From positions 605,109 to 669,108 of the forward strand of contig NW_003314358.1 in assembly GCF_000143415.4 (NCBI RefSeq): a stretch of DNA of 64,000 nt. Direction: 5' to 3'. A model generated the notes under the pieces. It did no database searches, was not told the origin of the DNA, and saw only the letters and a list, made by a program, of their open reading frames with translations. Each line of letters opens with the position of its first letter. Position 1 is the first letter of the stretch. Source of the stretch: Selaginella moellendorffii. Its lineage: Eukaryota > Plantae > Lycopodiophyta. Of this stretch, positions 12,343-25,195 are shown piece after piece. The translations under genes and the position numbers were made by a program.

Positions 12343-15300
12343 TTACGCTGCTATGGTACCTTCGTTCTCCTGTGGCATGCCTTTGATGGTTCTTCGCTTC
12401 CATATCGCGGACTTTGGATCGAACGCCAATTCCCATGTTGGCCAGTAGTGCAAATCCTGCTTGAGCGTCAAAACCCGTGGCTTGCCGTTCAAATGGACCA
12501 CTTTGACGCGCACAAAGTCTCCATGGTTGAGTTCCTACAAAAAAAAAACAATATCAAGATCGCTACTATCGCACTAAACCCAAAAGCCAAACCTTGACAA
12601 CTTCGATAAACGTTTGCAAGTCCGGTGTCTTGTTCCCATTCACTTCCACGATCCATTGAAGAGCATAAAGGCCATATCTGTGAGCGGGACTTCCATGGCA
12701 CCACCTGACAATCACGAATATCAACCAAATGAGGCACTGCTAAAAATGAAAGAGTTTTGCCGAGTTACCTGGCAACGTAAACTCCATGGCCCTCTTCCGG
12801 GAGAAAGCCCAGTGCTCTTACAGCCGGATGAGGATCTTGGACGACGCAGCCTGCCCAGTTCACCATTTGCATCGTGCCAAAACCATCGCGGACGTCCGTT
12901 CCAATCACAATCTCTACTTCGACACCCTGATGGTAGCGAGAGATTTACGACAAAAGTAGCAGAGGTTTTTGCGTTACCTGTCGAAAGACGGTCATGTGTA
13001 GTTCGTCAGTTTCGCCCTCTTCAGCACGTTGGCAGGCTTGCTCAACGTCTTGAAAGCAAGTTATAGGCATGTTGTTGATTGCCAGTAACATATCGCTTTG
13101 CTCGAGTGCAGACTCCGCCTTAGAGCCCGCTAAACAGCCTTTCACCCGCAACACTTGACGTCTTATTGGATCTTTTTTAGCTAGAGCCTGCAATTGTTGT
13201 GTCAGTAAACACAACACTGAAAAGAAGTGTTCGCTTACCTGAACCCATTTATCGCTAAGACCAAAGCTCCTTGCTTTTGACAACAACGTCGGATAGAGCT
13301 CAACTTCCAGAACGCGAACCAGGGGCATACGTCTCTCAATGCCGTTGATATGTAAAGGTGGTCCTCTGTGTCCATCGACAATCCCGTCGCGTATTTCACT
13401 GATGTACGATATTGGAATGCCTCGAACGAACTGGTGATCTTCCGGAGAGCTATCGCCGTATTTAACCTGCTTATTGATGGATTATAAACATGAGCCATAA
13501 AGCCTTTGTTCTTACTTGAGTTGAGAAGCTAGCCCAAAGAGCTTGTACTCTCCCTTCGTCGTCGGCAAGAACTCCCGAAAACGTATGGCCAAAATCTGAG
13601 GGATCAAACTCAACGTGAGAAGATTGTGAAGACTACAACATACCAGTATCAATCTCAACAACTTCCATGTTCATTGCTCGATATCGTGGACAATCTGCTG
13701 CCCCCACATTCAGCGAAGCGGCAGGGTTGGTCACTACTGACTTGCGTGACGTAGCCTGCATGCTCCTGCTCAGACCAACTAGGTGAACGGCATCACCTCT
13801 TTTCAGTGGTTCTGCAGATAAACGCGTCTAAGATGCTTAGGTAACGGCAAAAGAAAGCTACAAACCCGGGTGTAAGACAGCAGCTCGGACGGCGGCTGCT
13901 CCAGCTTCTCCTAGAGCCGACGGATTATAAGCAACAACCGCAAAGTCGTGTATTGGATGTAAGAACACCACCTAAGTAGCGGAGTCAGCAGATTGAAAGC
14001 TATTTCAAGATTACCTCAGCAGGAATCTCGATTGGAATTGCGGCAAAAGAAAGCATTATATCGGCAACTGAAATTGCGACAGTGTTTCTGTCCACGGCTA
14101 TAAGGCCCAAGTCGGAGGAGTGATGTATAATGATCCCCGTACCAAAGAAGTGCTGGGCATGCACGCCATCCAGTAGTGAAGACGGTGGAATATGAACCTG
14201 CATCACTAAAAGCATCTCAACAACGCCAAAACGAAAATCCGCTTTCTTACCTCCATCATAACGAGAGTCGGCTCTAAAACCTGCTCAACACCTGAAGCAC
14301 CACCTGTTACTTCTGGAGTTTGAGAATCAACAACTTCCGCAAGAATGTCAGGCTGATTATCTTCCGGAACAGCTAGAAGCTCGTTCACTCGTCTTCTCTT
14401 AGTTTCTCCTTGGTTCAAAGACCCGTCGCTCAGCTGGTTGCCTTCGTCACTTTGCAAGCCATCTTCGGCGCTCATTGAAACCGCAACTCCTCCTCTACAT
14501 TCGATAGCAGAACCGTCTTGTAAAGCACCTGACATCTTGCATGGTCCCTGCTTCTCGTCACTATGAAAAGTTGAAACAGGTTTACTGGATATGGCCGGAC
14601 GAGGATTCCAAAGTCCAGTAGAATCATCACGAACATAGATTTGCGGAGGTGCATACCATTCGTGCCTTTCAATGGTCACCAGCACAGACTAGAGAAAACA
14701 AAATCCTTTAAGACGAGCAGGACGTCAAATATATGTAAAATGCTCACCTTGCCTCTATGCCGATCGCTGTACACATAGAATTCTAGTGGGACACGCGCAC
14801 CAGGGGCAAGTTTACCAAAACCGACAATAAGATCTTCCAGGGTTGAAATGCTTTCTCCAGCAAGCTTTTTGATTATCCCAAACTTTGGAACCCCTGCTCG
14901 CGACAGCATGTACCTTCAAGAGAAAAAAGCTCAGCGATACAACTCTCACATGATCGTGCTTACCCCGGATCTGCGACATATACAAGTCCACAGTTAAAGC
15001 GAAAATTCCGAGCCTGTAAGTCCACGTGCATTATTAACACAACAGTTCAACAAGCCAACGAACCTGCTGATAAGACAGAGGATGGATGATGGCTCCACTC
15101 ATTTCTAAAAAGTAATTAGGCGTGATTGAATGCAAGTCTTGCACCTGCTTTCAACTTCAGCATTTGACAGTTAAAGGAATATTTACACATACCTTCAACG
15201 TGACTTGAACATCTTTTCCACCTCTCTCGAGTTCGAGCTCCACGTCTTTGTCAACGTTGTCGTCAAGGAGTATTTCAAGTCTTAAAAACTGTGTTACTAC

Positions 15301-16788
15301 CTGTCCCATTCCAAGTGTTAGCGAGTTTTCATTACTTCACAAAAACCTTACTTCTTTGTTCACGCGAACAAGCACATCTCCAGGCTCCAGGTGCTTATGA
15401 GAAGGACCACCAGGCACCTGATCTCAAAAACGTCGGACGATATCCTTACATGGTATGTTTAAGAACTTACCACAGAATCTACGACGAGCATGCCGGTTTC
15501 ACTCGGAGGAGAAGCAGATCGAACAGTCTAAGGTGAAGCGAACTTGTTAATCAAGATCAAACAAAGAAGAAAAACTTACTTGCTCAGTGTCATGCCGCAA
15601 GCCCAGACGTCTGGTTTCATCAAATCCTTTGTGCAGCAATGTCATCTTAAGAGAAAAACACATAGTTAATCATGTGGCCTTTTCTCAATGAAGTCATTCA
15701 CCTGCAAAGTCCCCCGAGGTATATCTACTGGTTGCCATCCATCACCAAATCCATCTTTGCTTTCTTGAAGAATACGGAGTGCTCTTACAACCTGACGGAA
15801 TGTAGACAGTAAGACTTAATCAGGAAACAGAAACTCGTTTAGTCTTACACGATCCAGAGGAAGAAAATACGCCGAAGCCCCTGCAACTTTGCTACCAGCA
15901 TTTATAGCGACGGCCCTTCCTTTGCAATCTACAACAGGAGATCCACTAGATCCTCCTTTAGTTCCTGACGCTGCCTGGCAAAATTCACGTTATAAAAACC
16001 TCAGTCAGTTGATTGTCGATCACCAATTACCTGCATATAGAATGTGTTGAAATCGTTGTATCCATCCCTTTAAACATAGAATTAAGAACAACAAAGTTCT
16101 CAGACTGAAGAGTCTTACTTTTTATACGGTGGAGCATCTCGATCAAGCCTGGCAATGGTACCCGCAAGTATGGAGAGCTGAAAGAAAGAAAATGCCAGTT
16201 AGTACCAAGCTAAGGTTTCTAGTATTTGTTTTGTTTTCGCGAAAGTACCTTTTCTCCGCTATCATTCCCCACAACACGAATTTCTAGACCCACAGCCGCG
16301 GCCTCGGGAGCGAGAGGAATCTCCTCGTAGTTCATAAACTCGACGCTCTTCGGATCGAATCGAAAGAACCCAAAGTCGTGTACCTGGATCCAATCCAAAG
16401 ACAACGTAAACCACGCTTTCCAAAAGAGAGGAACCAACTTACAGGATCGCGATACAAAGGATACACCGGAATCTCTTCCCTGTTGAGAAAGATCGCCTCC
16501 GCAACCACGGGACCTATGGCCGGAATCCCTCAAACAAGCTCCCTACATTGAAAATTGGAGATTACCAGGCTTCACGACATGGCGATTGGTGAGAATTATG
16601 CTCCGGGCCTTGTCCACCACGAATCCCGTCGCATAGCCGGAGCTCGCGGTCTCCGTATCGAATGCCCTGCAAGCGGTCGTCCTGAGCACCACGACGCCAC
16701 GGACGACGCGAGCGAGAGATTTCTGCCAATCCTCGGCAGTGGCTCCGCTGCTGCCAGCGCCTTCCACAGGCAAGCCATCGAGCTCCAT
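12343..16788 (-). CDS. DEG7: Protease Do-like 7 (Deg7 / Nma111-like HtrA serine protease), multi-exon
   Basis: ATGFVVDK...[30 protein letters not shown], a second degenerate protease domain, PDZ regions, and the C-terminus [15 protein letters not shown]. Confidence 0.93.
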
Positions 16789-17409
16789 GCCACCAGAGAG
16801 GAGAAAAGGCGCCGCGATCAAGCGCCAGGGATCACCACATTCGCCACAAACCCTAAGACGCCGAGCTTTGCCAAAATCTTGCGAGGAGAAGCCAACACCA
16901 TAGCCACGTTAAATTATTAACCTATATGAATCTGAGCCGTCGGATCGAGTCTATGTTCGATCAAAAAATTCCGTAGCATATGCCATTCGTACAAATGAAT
17001 TTAAAATTGATTAAATACGTATATACAGTATATACAGTTTATAAATTATAACTGTTTGTAGGTATTTATACCTAAAATATATTTGAATATTTTGGGATAT
17101 TTTACTGTTGTTATTCATTTTGATTAATTTTATATTCATGATTTTAAAAATGCTTATAATTTCTAAACTTTCCTAAACACTTCTTAATATATTCTAGCAT
17201 ACTAATATTGTATAAACATCTTTATAATTATTGATCAATTGGAAATAGGAATAAAGGTCTTATTTTCGTTCAACTTGACCCTGTAATACAAGGCAGTCCA
17301 TCCCGGGCAATATAACTGAAGGTACCAGGTCGGCTGTTGAATGTGCTCGATCTTTCGGCATTCTAGTTGACACCTCTCGTCAGCTCTTCTTTCATGGCGC
17401 TCCATTCAG

Positions 17410-19760
17410 ATGATGCTTTGCCCCTGGAGAGGAGCAAAGGAGATGCTTGATCGAGTCACCCGGGGAGTCGTCGTTCTCAATTGTAGTGCTTGCAGGGCAT
17501 TTGATAAGCCGGATATCCACACTGCAACGGCATTTGGTGGACAATAATTCGCACCAATCGCCATGTCGTTAAAGGTTGTTAGATCTGCTTCTCCTCTGAC
17601 TGAAACAGGCATGCTAGTCGTAGAAGCTCTATAAGATTGTATATAACGTATGAAATACAAGGCCAGGTGCCAGGTGGTCTTTCGCATACGCATCTAGAAC
17701 CAGGAAATGTGCTTGTTTGAGTGAACAAACAAGTAAGGGTCGTGCTGAAATCATAGAAATTTAGCCAGTTTTTTGTGAACGCAGGTAGTAACACAATTCT
17801 TACAAGTTGAGATGTATCTCGACGACAATGTTGAAAGATCTGGAGCTCGAGCTAGAGAGAAGTGGAAAACATGTCCATGTCACATTTAAGGTATTTTTAT
17901 ATATACTACGTATAAAAAGTATTAAAGCTGGAAAGATGGAAACAGGTGCAAGACTTGCACTCAATCACGCCATTATTCATCCTCTGTCTTATCCCTGCAA
18001 TATAAACTACATCGTTGTGGAGAAACAGGGCGGGCTTGTTTATGTTGTGGAGCCTAGGTAAACATAGTTACATCAATAGTACCATCAATTAATACTTATC
18101 TTTTATTTTGGAAGCTACGTGCTATCCCGAGCAGGGGTTCCAAGGTTTGGCATAATAAAAAAGCTGGCCGGAGAGCGGAAGACCTTATTCGACACAGATC
18201 CACACAGCAAATGCTTCCGAAGGTGTAATTTTTTCTCTTGACCAGTCCGTGCTGGTAACAATTGAAAGGCACGAAGGGTATGCACCCCCTCAAATCTATA
18301 CTCGTGAGAATTCTACCGGCCTCTGGAATCCTCGTCCAGCGCTACCTCAGAAACCTGAAATTTCAAGCTTGCGTGATGAATCGGGAGCTGCAAGTAAAGT
18401 AGCTGGTCCTGCTGTTTCAATGGGTGGCGATGCAACTGTTTTTCTAGAACTAAGCTAGACGCCTAAAGCAGTTGGGTTATACGAAAGGTAATCTATTTGT
18501 TGATTTAGGTGGGTAAGATTCAGTAGTAAGGAATCTCCACTGGAGTTGTAGAGAATTATATCAGCAACTGCAATCCTGACGGTGTTTCTGTCCACGGCTA
18601 CGAGGTCCAAGTCCAAGGACCTCATGACGTATAACGATCCCCGTACCAACAAAGTGATGGTCATGCTCGCCATCAACTCGTGCAGACTGCGCAATATTCA
18701 TTCAGTCATTCATATTTTGTTTACATGGTCTCGCGGCGCCCCAGACCGAATATGAACCTGCAATGTTTACGGAAAAGCTATGATGTATATTTGTGAAAAA
18801 TGAAGGTGAGCTTCTTTACATACTCCCAGGTTTGTATTCTGTGGAGTAGTCCACAGAAGCATTAAATAGAGGCGATGAGGTTCATCTTGTTGGCCTGAGC
18901 AGGAGCATGTGGACCATATCTCGTAAGTCAATCGTAATCAACCCTGCTGCTTTGCTACTGATGAGCATGGAAGTTATTGAGATTGACAATGGTATAACCT
19001 CTGTCTCATTGATTTACGATTTTCCTTATATGCTGAAATTCTATCAGGCCTTGATAAAATTTTGGGAGTTCTTGCCGATGGTAAAGGGAGAGTTAAAACT
19101 TTCTGGGCCACATTCTTCACTCAAGTAAGTACATTTATTATAAAACAGCGTTTCAAGTAATCTCTGTGGTTTGAACCATGTAAAGTACTGGGACTTCCAA
19201 GAACAAGAGTTTGCGAAAGGAATACTAACTTCATACATTTGTGAGATATGAGATGGAATTGTCGGAGGACACAAGGGAATTGAGAGACATCTGCCTTCCA
19301 TTCGCATTCTCGATGCTGAGCCTTTACCCGACTTTGTTGTCCGAGGCAAGGAATTTTTGTTTGAGTGACAGATGTCTTCATATACTTTTGCTCTTGTATT
19401 TCCATCTCCCTAATGACGTGCTAATCGCAGGCTCTTGCTGAAAAGAATCCATCAAGACGCCAAGTCTTGCAAATGAGGCGCTGTTTTGCAGACTCCAAGT
19501 CGTCCAAGTCTGCACTGGCGCAAAATGATATGCTCTTGGCAATCAATAAAGTGCCTATAACTTGCTTTCAAGATATTGACCAGGCCTGCCAACTTGCTAA
19601 ACAAAACGAGAGTCATTATCTGGCTATGAGATCATCAGGGTGGCGAACAAAAGATAGTCACTAAGAGGCACTCCCGTGATCGTTTTGGGACGACGGTTGA
19701 GGATGTTTTCCACGTCCTATACAACTGTGGGGCATATGACCACCTCCGCCAGCATCTTCC
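17410..19760 (+). pseudogene. Inverted, degraded duplicate of DEG7
   Basis: Exon remnants ([48 protein letters not shown]) with introns retained, many stops and deletions; one internal block is inverted. Confidence 0.85.
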
Positions 19761-19949
19761 AACCATTCCCTGGCGAGATAGGGCCTCTCCAACATTGACA
19801 TTGTCACTGAACTTGCAAGGTATCTCTTGCGAGACTAGAGGGCCACTCTTGGAAGCTACAGCAGTACCAGTTCAAGGAGTGCTAAAGAGCAAATGGGTAG
19901 GCAGGCAAGTACAATGTCTCAGTGGTCTCATGCCTCCAGCTGACCCTCC

Positions 19950-20520
19950 AAAAATAATCTAAAGTTCTCGTCCAGCCATAAGAGCATTGGGGTTTGAATG
20001 AACAACTGTCATAGCACCTGATCAAAAGCTTTGACAAAATCGACATAGCCAATGTGTCTGAACTGTATAGACTATAGTGACACTTAGAGAGTGAGAAGTT
20101 GGTCTACACAAGAATAAAGGTGGCAAAAGCCTGTTAAGCCATTTGCATTAAGATGATGACTTTTTACCAATTCGAGAGCCATTTGTTTTGCAAATATACT
20201 GGCTAGGGTCTGATAATTTGCCACATTAGTCAAGTCACTGACTTATACAAAGGGTTTGTAGTCCATATCCACAAATAATGTTTTCAAAGAATATGTTCTT
20301 AAAAGGTTGAGAGGCTTTATGGTTTAACTTTAGACTGTTCTGGAAACCCTGACCCTGTCTTAAAAGGTGGTTTTGTAGATGAATATTTTACAATGTAGCC
20401 TAATTGACATTGCCCATGGTAGCTTCAGCTGAAAAGCTTTGCAGTCCAATGTATCCAAGAATCAGAGAAACCCAGAAGCTTGAGTTCTTTAAGCGGGTCC
20501 TTCAATGATTGCCACAAGTG
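19950..20520 (-). mobile_element. Non-LTR (LINE) reverse transcriptase relic
   Basis: Minus-strand remnants CVDQLLTL, YVDFVKAFDQV, LKLLGFSDSWIHW and LRQG resemble LINE RT motifs; heavily disrupted. Confidence 0.6.
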
Positions 20521-21153
20521 GCAGCTGTAATTGTACCATGGCTCTAAATGTTTTATAATCCAAAAAAAACCAGTGTGGATGAGGGGATATGCTAAAAAAA
20601 GATGTCCCACTAAATTAGAGTTTTGTATTACAAGCAAAGCAAGTGGTGGTAAATGCACATTTCCTTTTTTTTCTTTGAAGGATTTCAATTTAAAGTTTAT
20701 ATTAAAGATAAGAAAAATTAACATTAAAACACTAAATAAATTAAGGTATAATCTAGCATAAACCTGGATATTTATGGTATATGCCTTACACCCTTTCTAA
20801 ACCAAAAGGACTGATAAAAGTTTAAAATAACTTCGCGCCATTAGCTAAGAGAGGATTTACCAAAAGAACTAGAACCAAAATCACTACTACAAACACCACC
20901 CACATTTGCAAATCTTTTTTTGGAGTTATTTCCCCGACTCCATACCTGAAAGAAAGAAAAATTTAGAAAGAAAAACACGACGCACCATGGAAACTCCGAG
21001 CTCTTGTCTAATCGTCTTTCGGATAGATCAAAGTAGAACTAGTAGCTGCTGGAAACATTTCAAAACCACCTGGTAAGCTAAACGAGCCAATGGAAAACTG
21101 ACGGCTTACCAGGAATCGATAGATACTCCACAAACTTCCATTCCATCTTTCGG

Positions 21154-23158
21154 TCACGAGATCACGGCAACGTCCGCTGGTGTCAGCATCTCCTTCCCGA
21201 CGAGCTTCCCGGATCCTGTCCTAGTTTTGAAGCTCCCACTGCCTTTGCCACGCGCCTCCCTCCTCGAGTTCTTGGATCCCGGCTTCTCAATCGCAGCCTT
21301 GGACTTCGGTGCCTCACCATCGCTCTTCTCCTGTGCCGCCGCGGTAGCAGGCTCCACTACACTATCTAAAGTCGCATTAACAACACTATCCTGGTGATCG
21401 GCGTCTGTAGGAGCGTCAGCTGTCTCCGGAGCGCTTTCCAGACCGAAGTCCTTTCCCGTATCACTATCTGCGTCCCCCCCGGATTCGGTCCCTGCCGATG
21501 CGTTCCTCTCTACCACCCCGTTTCCCTTGGTTTCCTCCAGCACCCCGACGCCTTCAACTGTCCCATTGCCGAGGACCTCGTTGGCTGGCTTCTCCTTGCC
21601 CTTCACCTTCTCACTAGAGATCTTCCCCGAGAACGACTTCCTGATCGCCTTCTTCGACGGGACTACGTTCTCCTTGACTTGTTGCCCGTTGTCTAGCTTC
21701 TTGGCGTCTTCGTTGTCGGTGTGCTTGCCGTTCTCGGACTCCGCACCGCTGATACTCTTTCGCCTGCCCAGCTTTGGAGATCTTGCGCGCGTCGTTGGGA
21801 TCTGCATCCGTTTTAAAAAAAGTTGGTAAGCGCACCAACTATCAGCCATTCCAACCTTTCTCAGCTCAGCCTTAGGAGGAGGAGCCTCCTGGTAAAAGCT
21901 CGGCATTGGAGTTGCCTTGAAAGTGAGGCTCTTGCGAAGCTGTTTGATTTCAGCTTCCATCTCCTCCTAATGATCGATTGTTAGAACGCAGAAGGAAAAG
22001 AAAGGCTTTTCCACGCACCTGTGTTTTGGCTTGAATCTGACACTTCTCCGCTTCTTTGGCGTTTAGCTTTTCCTCCAGCTTTGAATAGAACTGCAGGCAC
22101 AAAACTACATAAGGATTGGAAGACTTGTAACATCACGTACCTCTTTTCGCTTTTCTGCACGTTCATCACATTTGAAGCTGAAAGTGGAGGCAGCGGCATT
22201 TTTCCTGTCTTTTATGCCAAATCCAGGCCTGCAGATTGATGCAAACACTCAACACAAAGCAGAAAGACATAAGGCTTACGATGTGCAAGATCCAACTTCG
22301 CTGTTTGCATCACTCACTTCCTCTTTCTGAGGGGGCCTGCAGCCATAAGTTCCCGTTAGAAAAGATAGGAAAAAACGTAACTAGAAAACTGTACTTTAAG
22401 GCTTCCACACTTAATGGTCTTACAGACGAAGGTTTTGTGGTCACCTTGCTAAGAACCTGCAACTTAAACTGAGCAAAGAAGCAACACGCAGCTTAATACC
22501 TGAGACTTTCGGATTGGCTGGGACGGTATTACGGGAGTTGGCTTAGCAGGTTGTTTAGCAGGAGCTTCAGTAGAAGTTGGCAACAGTCTGCTGCCACCGA
22601 GTGAAGCTCTTTTATCAGTTGCCAGAGCAAATGGTTGCGGAACTGTAACCGACGCCGTCGTTCGAGAGCTCTTTGGAGCTGGGTCAGCAGCCGACTCCTT
22701 TCTAGCTTTTGAAGGAGCCACAGGATTGCTTTTGGGCCTTGCCGTCGTCGCATTAGCAGCAGCCACCGAAGTCTTAAAGCTCGACGAAGACTTCTTTGCC
22801 GGGGCTGTGCCCTTCGGATTCTTGGCATTTTCAGATCTTCTCTCCTGCAAATGCAAACAAAAAACCATCTGTTTCCTCCTCTGTCTCCAAAACAATAAAC
22901 TATCAAGTGGGTCGTACCAACCTTCACAGGCTTCACATGGCAAGCGTTATCCTTTGCAAGGTTTGATTCCTCCGAAACCCCCATACCATCGTGAACTCCA
23001 TTACTGTTCTCCTGACCGCCCGAAACTTCGATAGCTTCTCCTGATCCCTGGAACTCCTCGTCACCATTCTCCTCCTCCAAGTCCATGTCGTCCACATTGC
23101 TGCTCCTTGGAGCGTCCACCACTTCCTTAGGTTCATCACCTGTGCCTGATCCCTCCAT
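21154..23158 (-). CDS. WVD2-like (WDL) microtubule-associated protein, TPX2 C-terminal domain
   Basis: [18 protein letters not shown] motif, [16 protein letters not shown] and [13 protein letters not shown]; multi-exon; the start codon is tentative. Confidence 0.88.
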
Positions 23159-25195
23159 GACGCTGCCGGTTTTCCGATCACCCAAGTCTCGAACTCGCGA
23201 TTGCCCTGATCATTCCCTGCAATCCACAAGAGCCACTGTTAAAGAGGAAAAGAACCGTGGAATCCCCGACTACACCCTCGATAACCCAAGAACCCCACCG
23301 CCGCTGGCAGACAATCCAGGAAAAGCCCATCGCTTCAAGATCAGGATGCAATGTAGCATGCACAACGCATCCCAATGCAAATTTCATGGAAGCCCCTTGA
23401 CGCTCATGCAAGAAAAGAATGAAAGAATCTCGGCGGCATTGCCGCGGAGCGCCACATTGCCGAGCGCCAAGGACCACGACCCCAGGAAGCCACACACAGA
23501 TCTCTCAAGGGCAAGCAAGGAGCCATGGATTCCCTAGCTAGAACCGCAGCGGAATATCCTCGCCAGAGCTCACCTCTCCATCGCGGCGCCGATTCCCTCG
23601 CCACAATGCACCTCGATCCCTGCTGAAAAACCTGGGCGAGAGATCTCGTGACCGCCGGACAGCGCGCTCAACCGCTTGCCGTGCCGGCACCGAAGAACTG
23701 GCAGCGCGCACGGGAGATCGAGGAGGGAAGATCGATAGGCGCGAGAAGACGAGCGCGTGATTCTCCAGTGGCACAATCACTCCACAAAAACCCAGCCTGC
23801 CCCGTTTTCTAAACGGACCCCCACAGAATATCCACGAAACATTCCGTCCATCCCCAACGGGCCGCCGAATATTCCCAGCAGCCCTAATCCGGCGAATATC
23901 CCCCTCGCTGCGTCGTCGTTAGCTTGACGGTCGTCTTCGTGTCGGGTGGCCGGCGGGGCCGCCGCCGGCCTTGGCACATCCGCGCCAATTGTTGTGGGCC
24001 GCGACTGGCAGTTGTCGGTGGCACACCATACGGTACGTTTTTGTGGACCAGTCGCACCGAGATTCCCCGCAAAGATACCGGTCGCTGACTGCTAGGTGTC
24101 TGTGGGGGGCTTGTACCCCAAACAACATTCCCTTCCTCTTTGGGGGCGAGGCGAAGGCTTTAAAATTTTTTACAGGTAGATAGCAGCGCTTTGATGGGCA
24201 TTTTAAATTCTTAAAGGCCATCACGTTTTGGGAAAATGCGATAGCTTAACCATTCCCGCCAAAAAGAAAAGGTATATGCATTCGAACGTGGAAAGATGAT
24301 CTTGGCCACCACCTTGATATTATACACTTCATATCTCAACCACGCCAAACACTTAAGGAATTTTAGAGCTTAATCTTTTCCTCCGCAACCTTGTTAGACG
24401 CTTGATCATTCCAAAACAATCGCTATCGTCCAAAGTTTTTAGCTCACAAATAAATTGATCTCTCCTCCACCTTGATGGGTTCCATCTTCGCCACACGCTT
24501 TACGCAGCACGAGATTGCAAATCGCTTGTGAGGACTGAAATGGACGCCTCGCCCGACTCGCAACATCATACTAGGGTCTTCAAAGTCGTCCATGGAGAAG
24601 GAATTTGGATAGAAAACAAGGAAATAAAAACCATATACCAGAATAATTTAAGTTCCCGCTGCTTGGTTTCGCGAGACAAAATCGACTGCTTGATTGTTGG
24701 CTCCATCCATTGGCTGCCTTTTGCCTAGCTATGGACACAAGAAACAAATAAATACAAACACAAAAGAATCATTCAAGGCTTTTACACTGTTGTCTGCTGG
24801 CCAGCTCTGGAATGAATCCAAAGAAGAAAATGTTAGATCGCTCCAGGAGTCCATAGCCGACGCTGTCCAAAGCGAGCGATACCTTTTCTATGTTCTTCGG
24901 AGGTTATGCTTGCCTCGTCCTGCCATGCCAAAGCTACGCATTCGTTCCATATTAGACGAAGCCGTCCAAAGCGAACGAACCTTTCTGTGCTGCATGGAAG
25001 ACTTTAGATATCTTCTTTGTCTAGAAAGCGGTGATTCTTGCCTTGTCCTGCTATGCCAAATAGACGAGAAAGTTAGCAAGGGCCACATATTCGTTCCATA
25101 CCTTGAAAACGATTTCGCTGTAGCGTTCCAGTGCGATGTCCTCATCAATCGTCCATCCTACTCTTCTCTGTGGGTCTCGAATTGGAGTAGGCCTG

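Noticed and set aside
23805-23865. AACGG (MSA-like) motifs upstream of the WDL gene
   Set aside because: Short, imperfect matches that could arise by chance.
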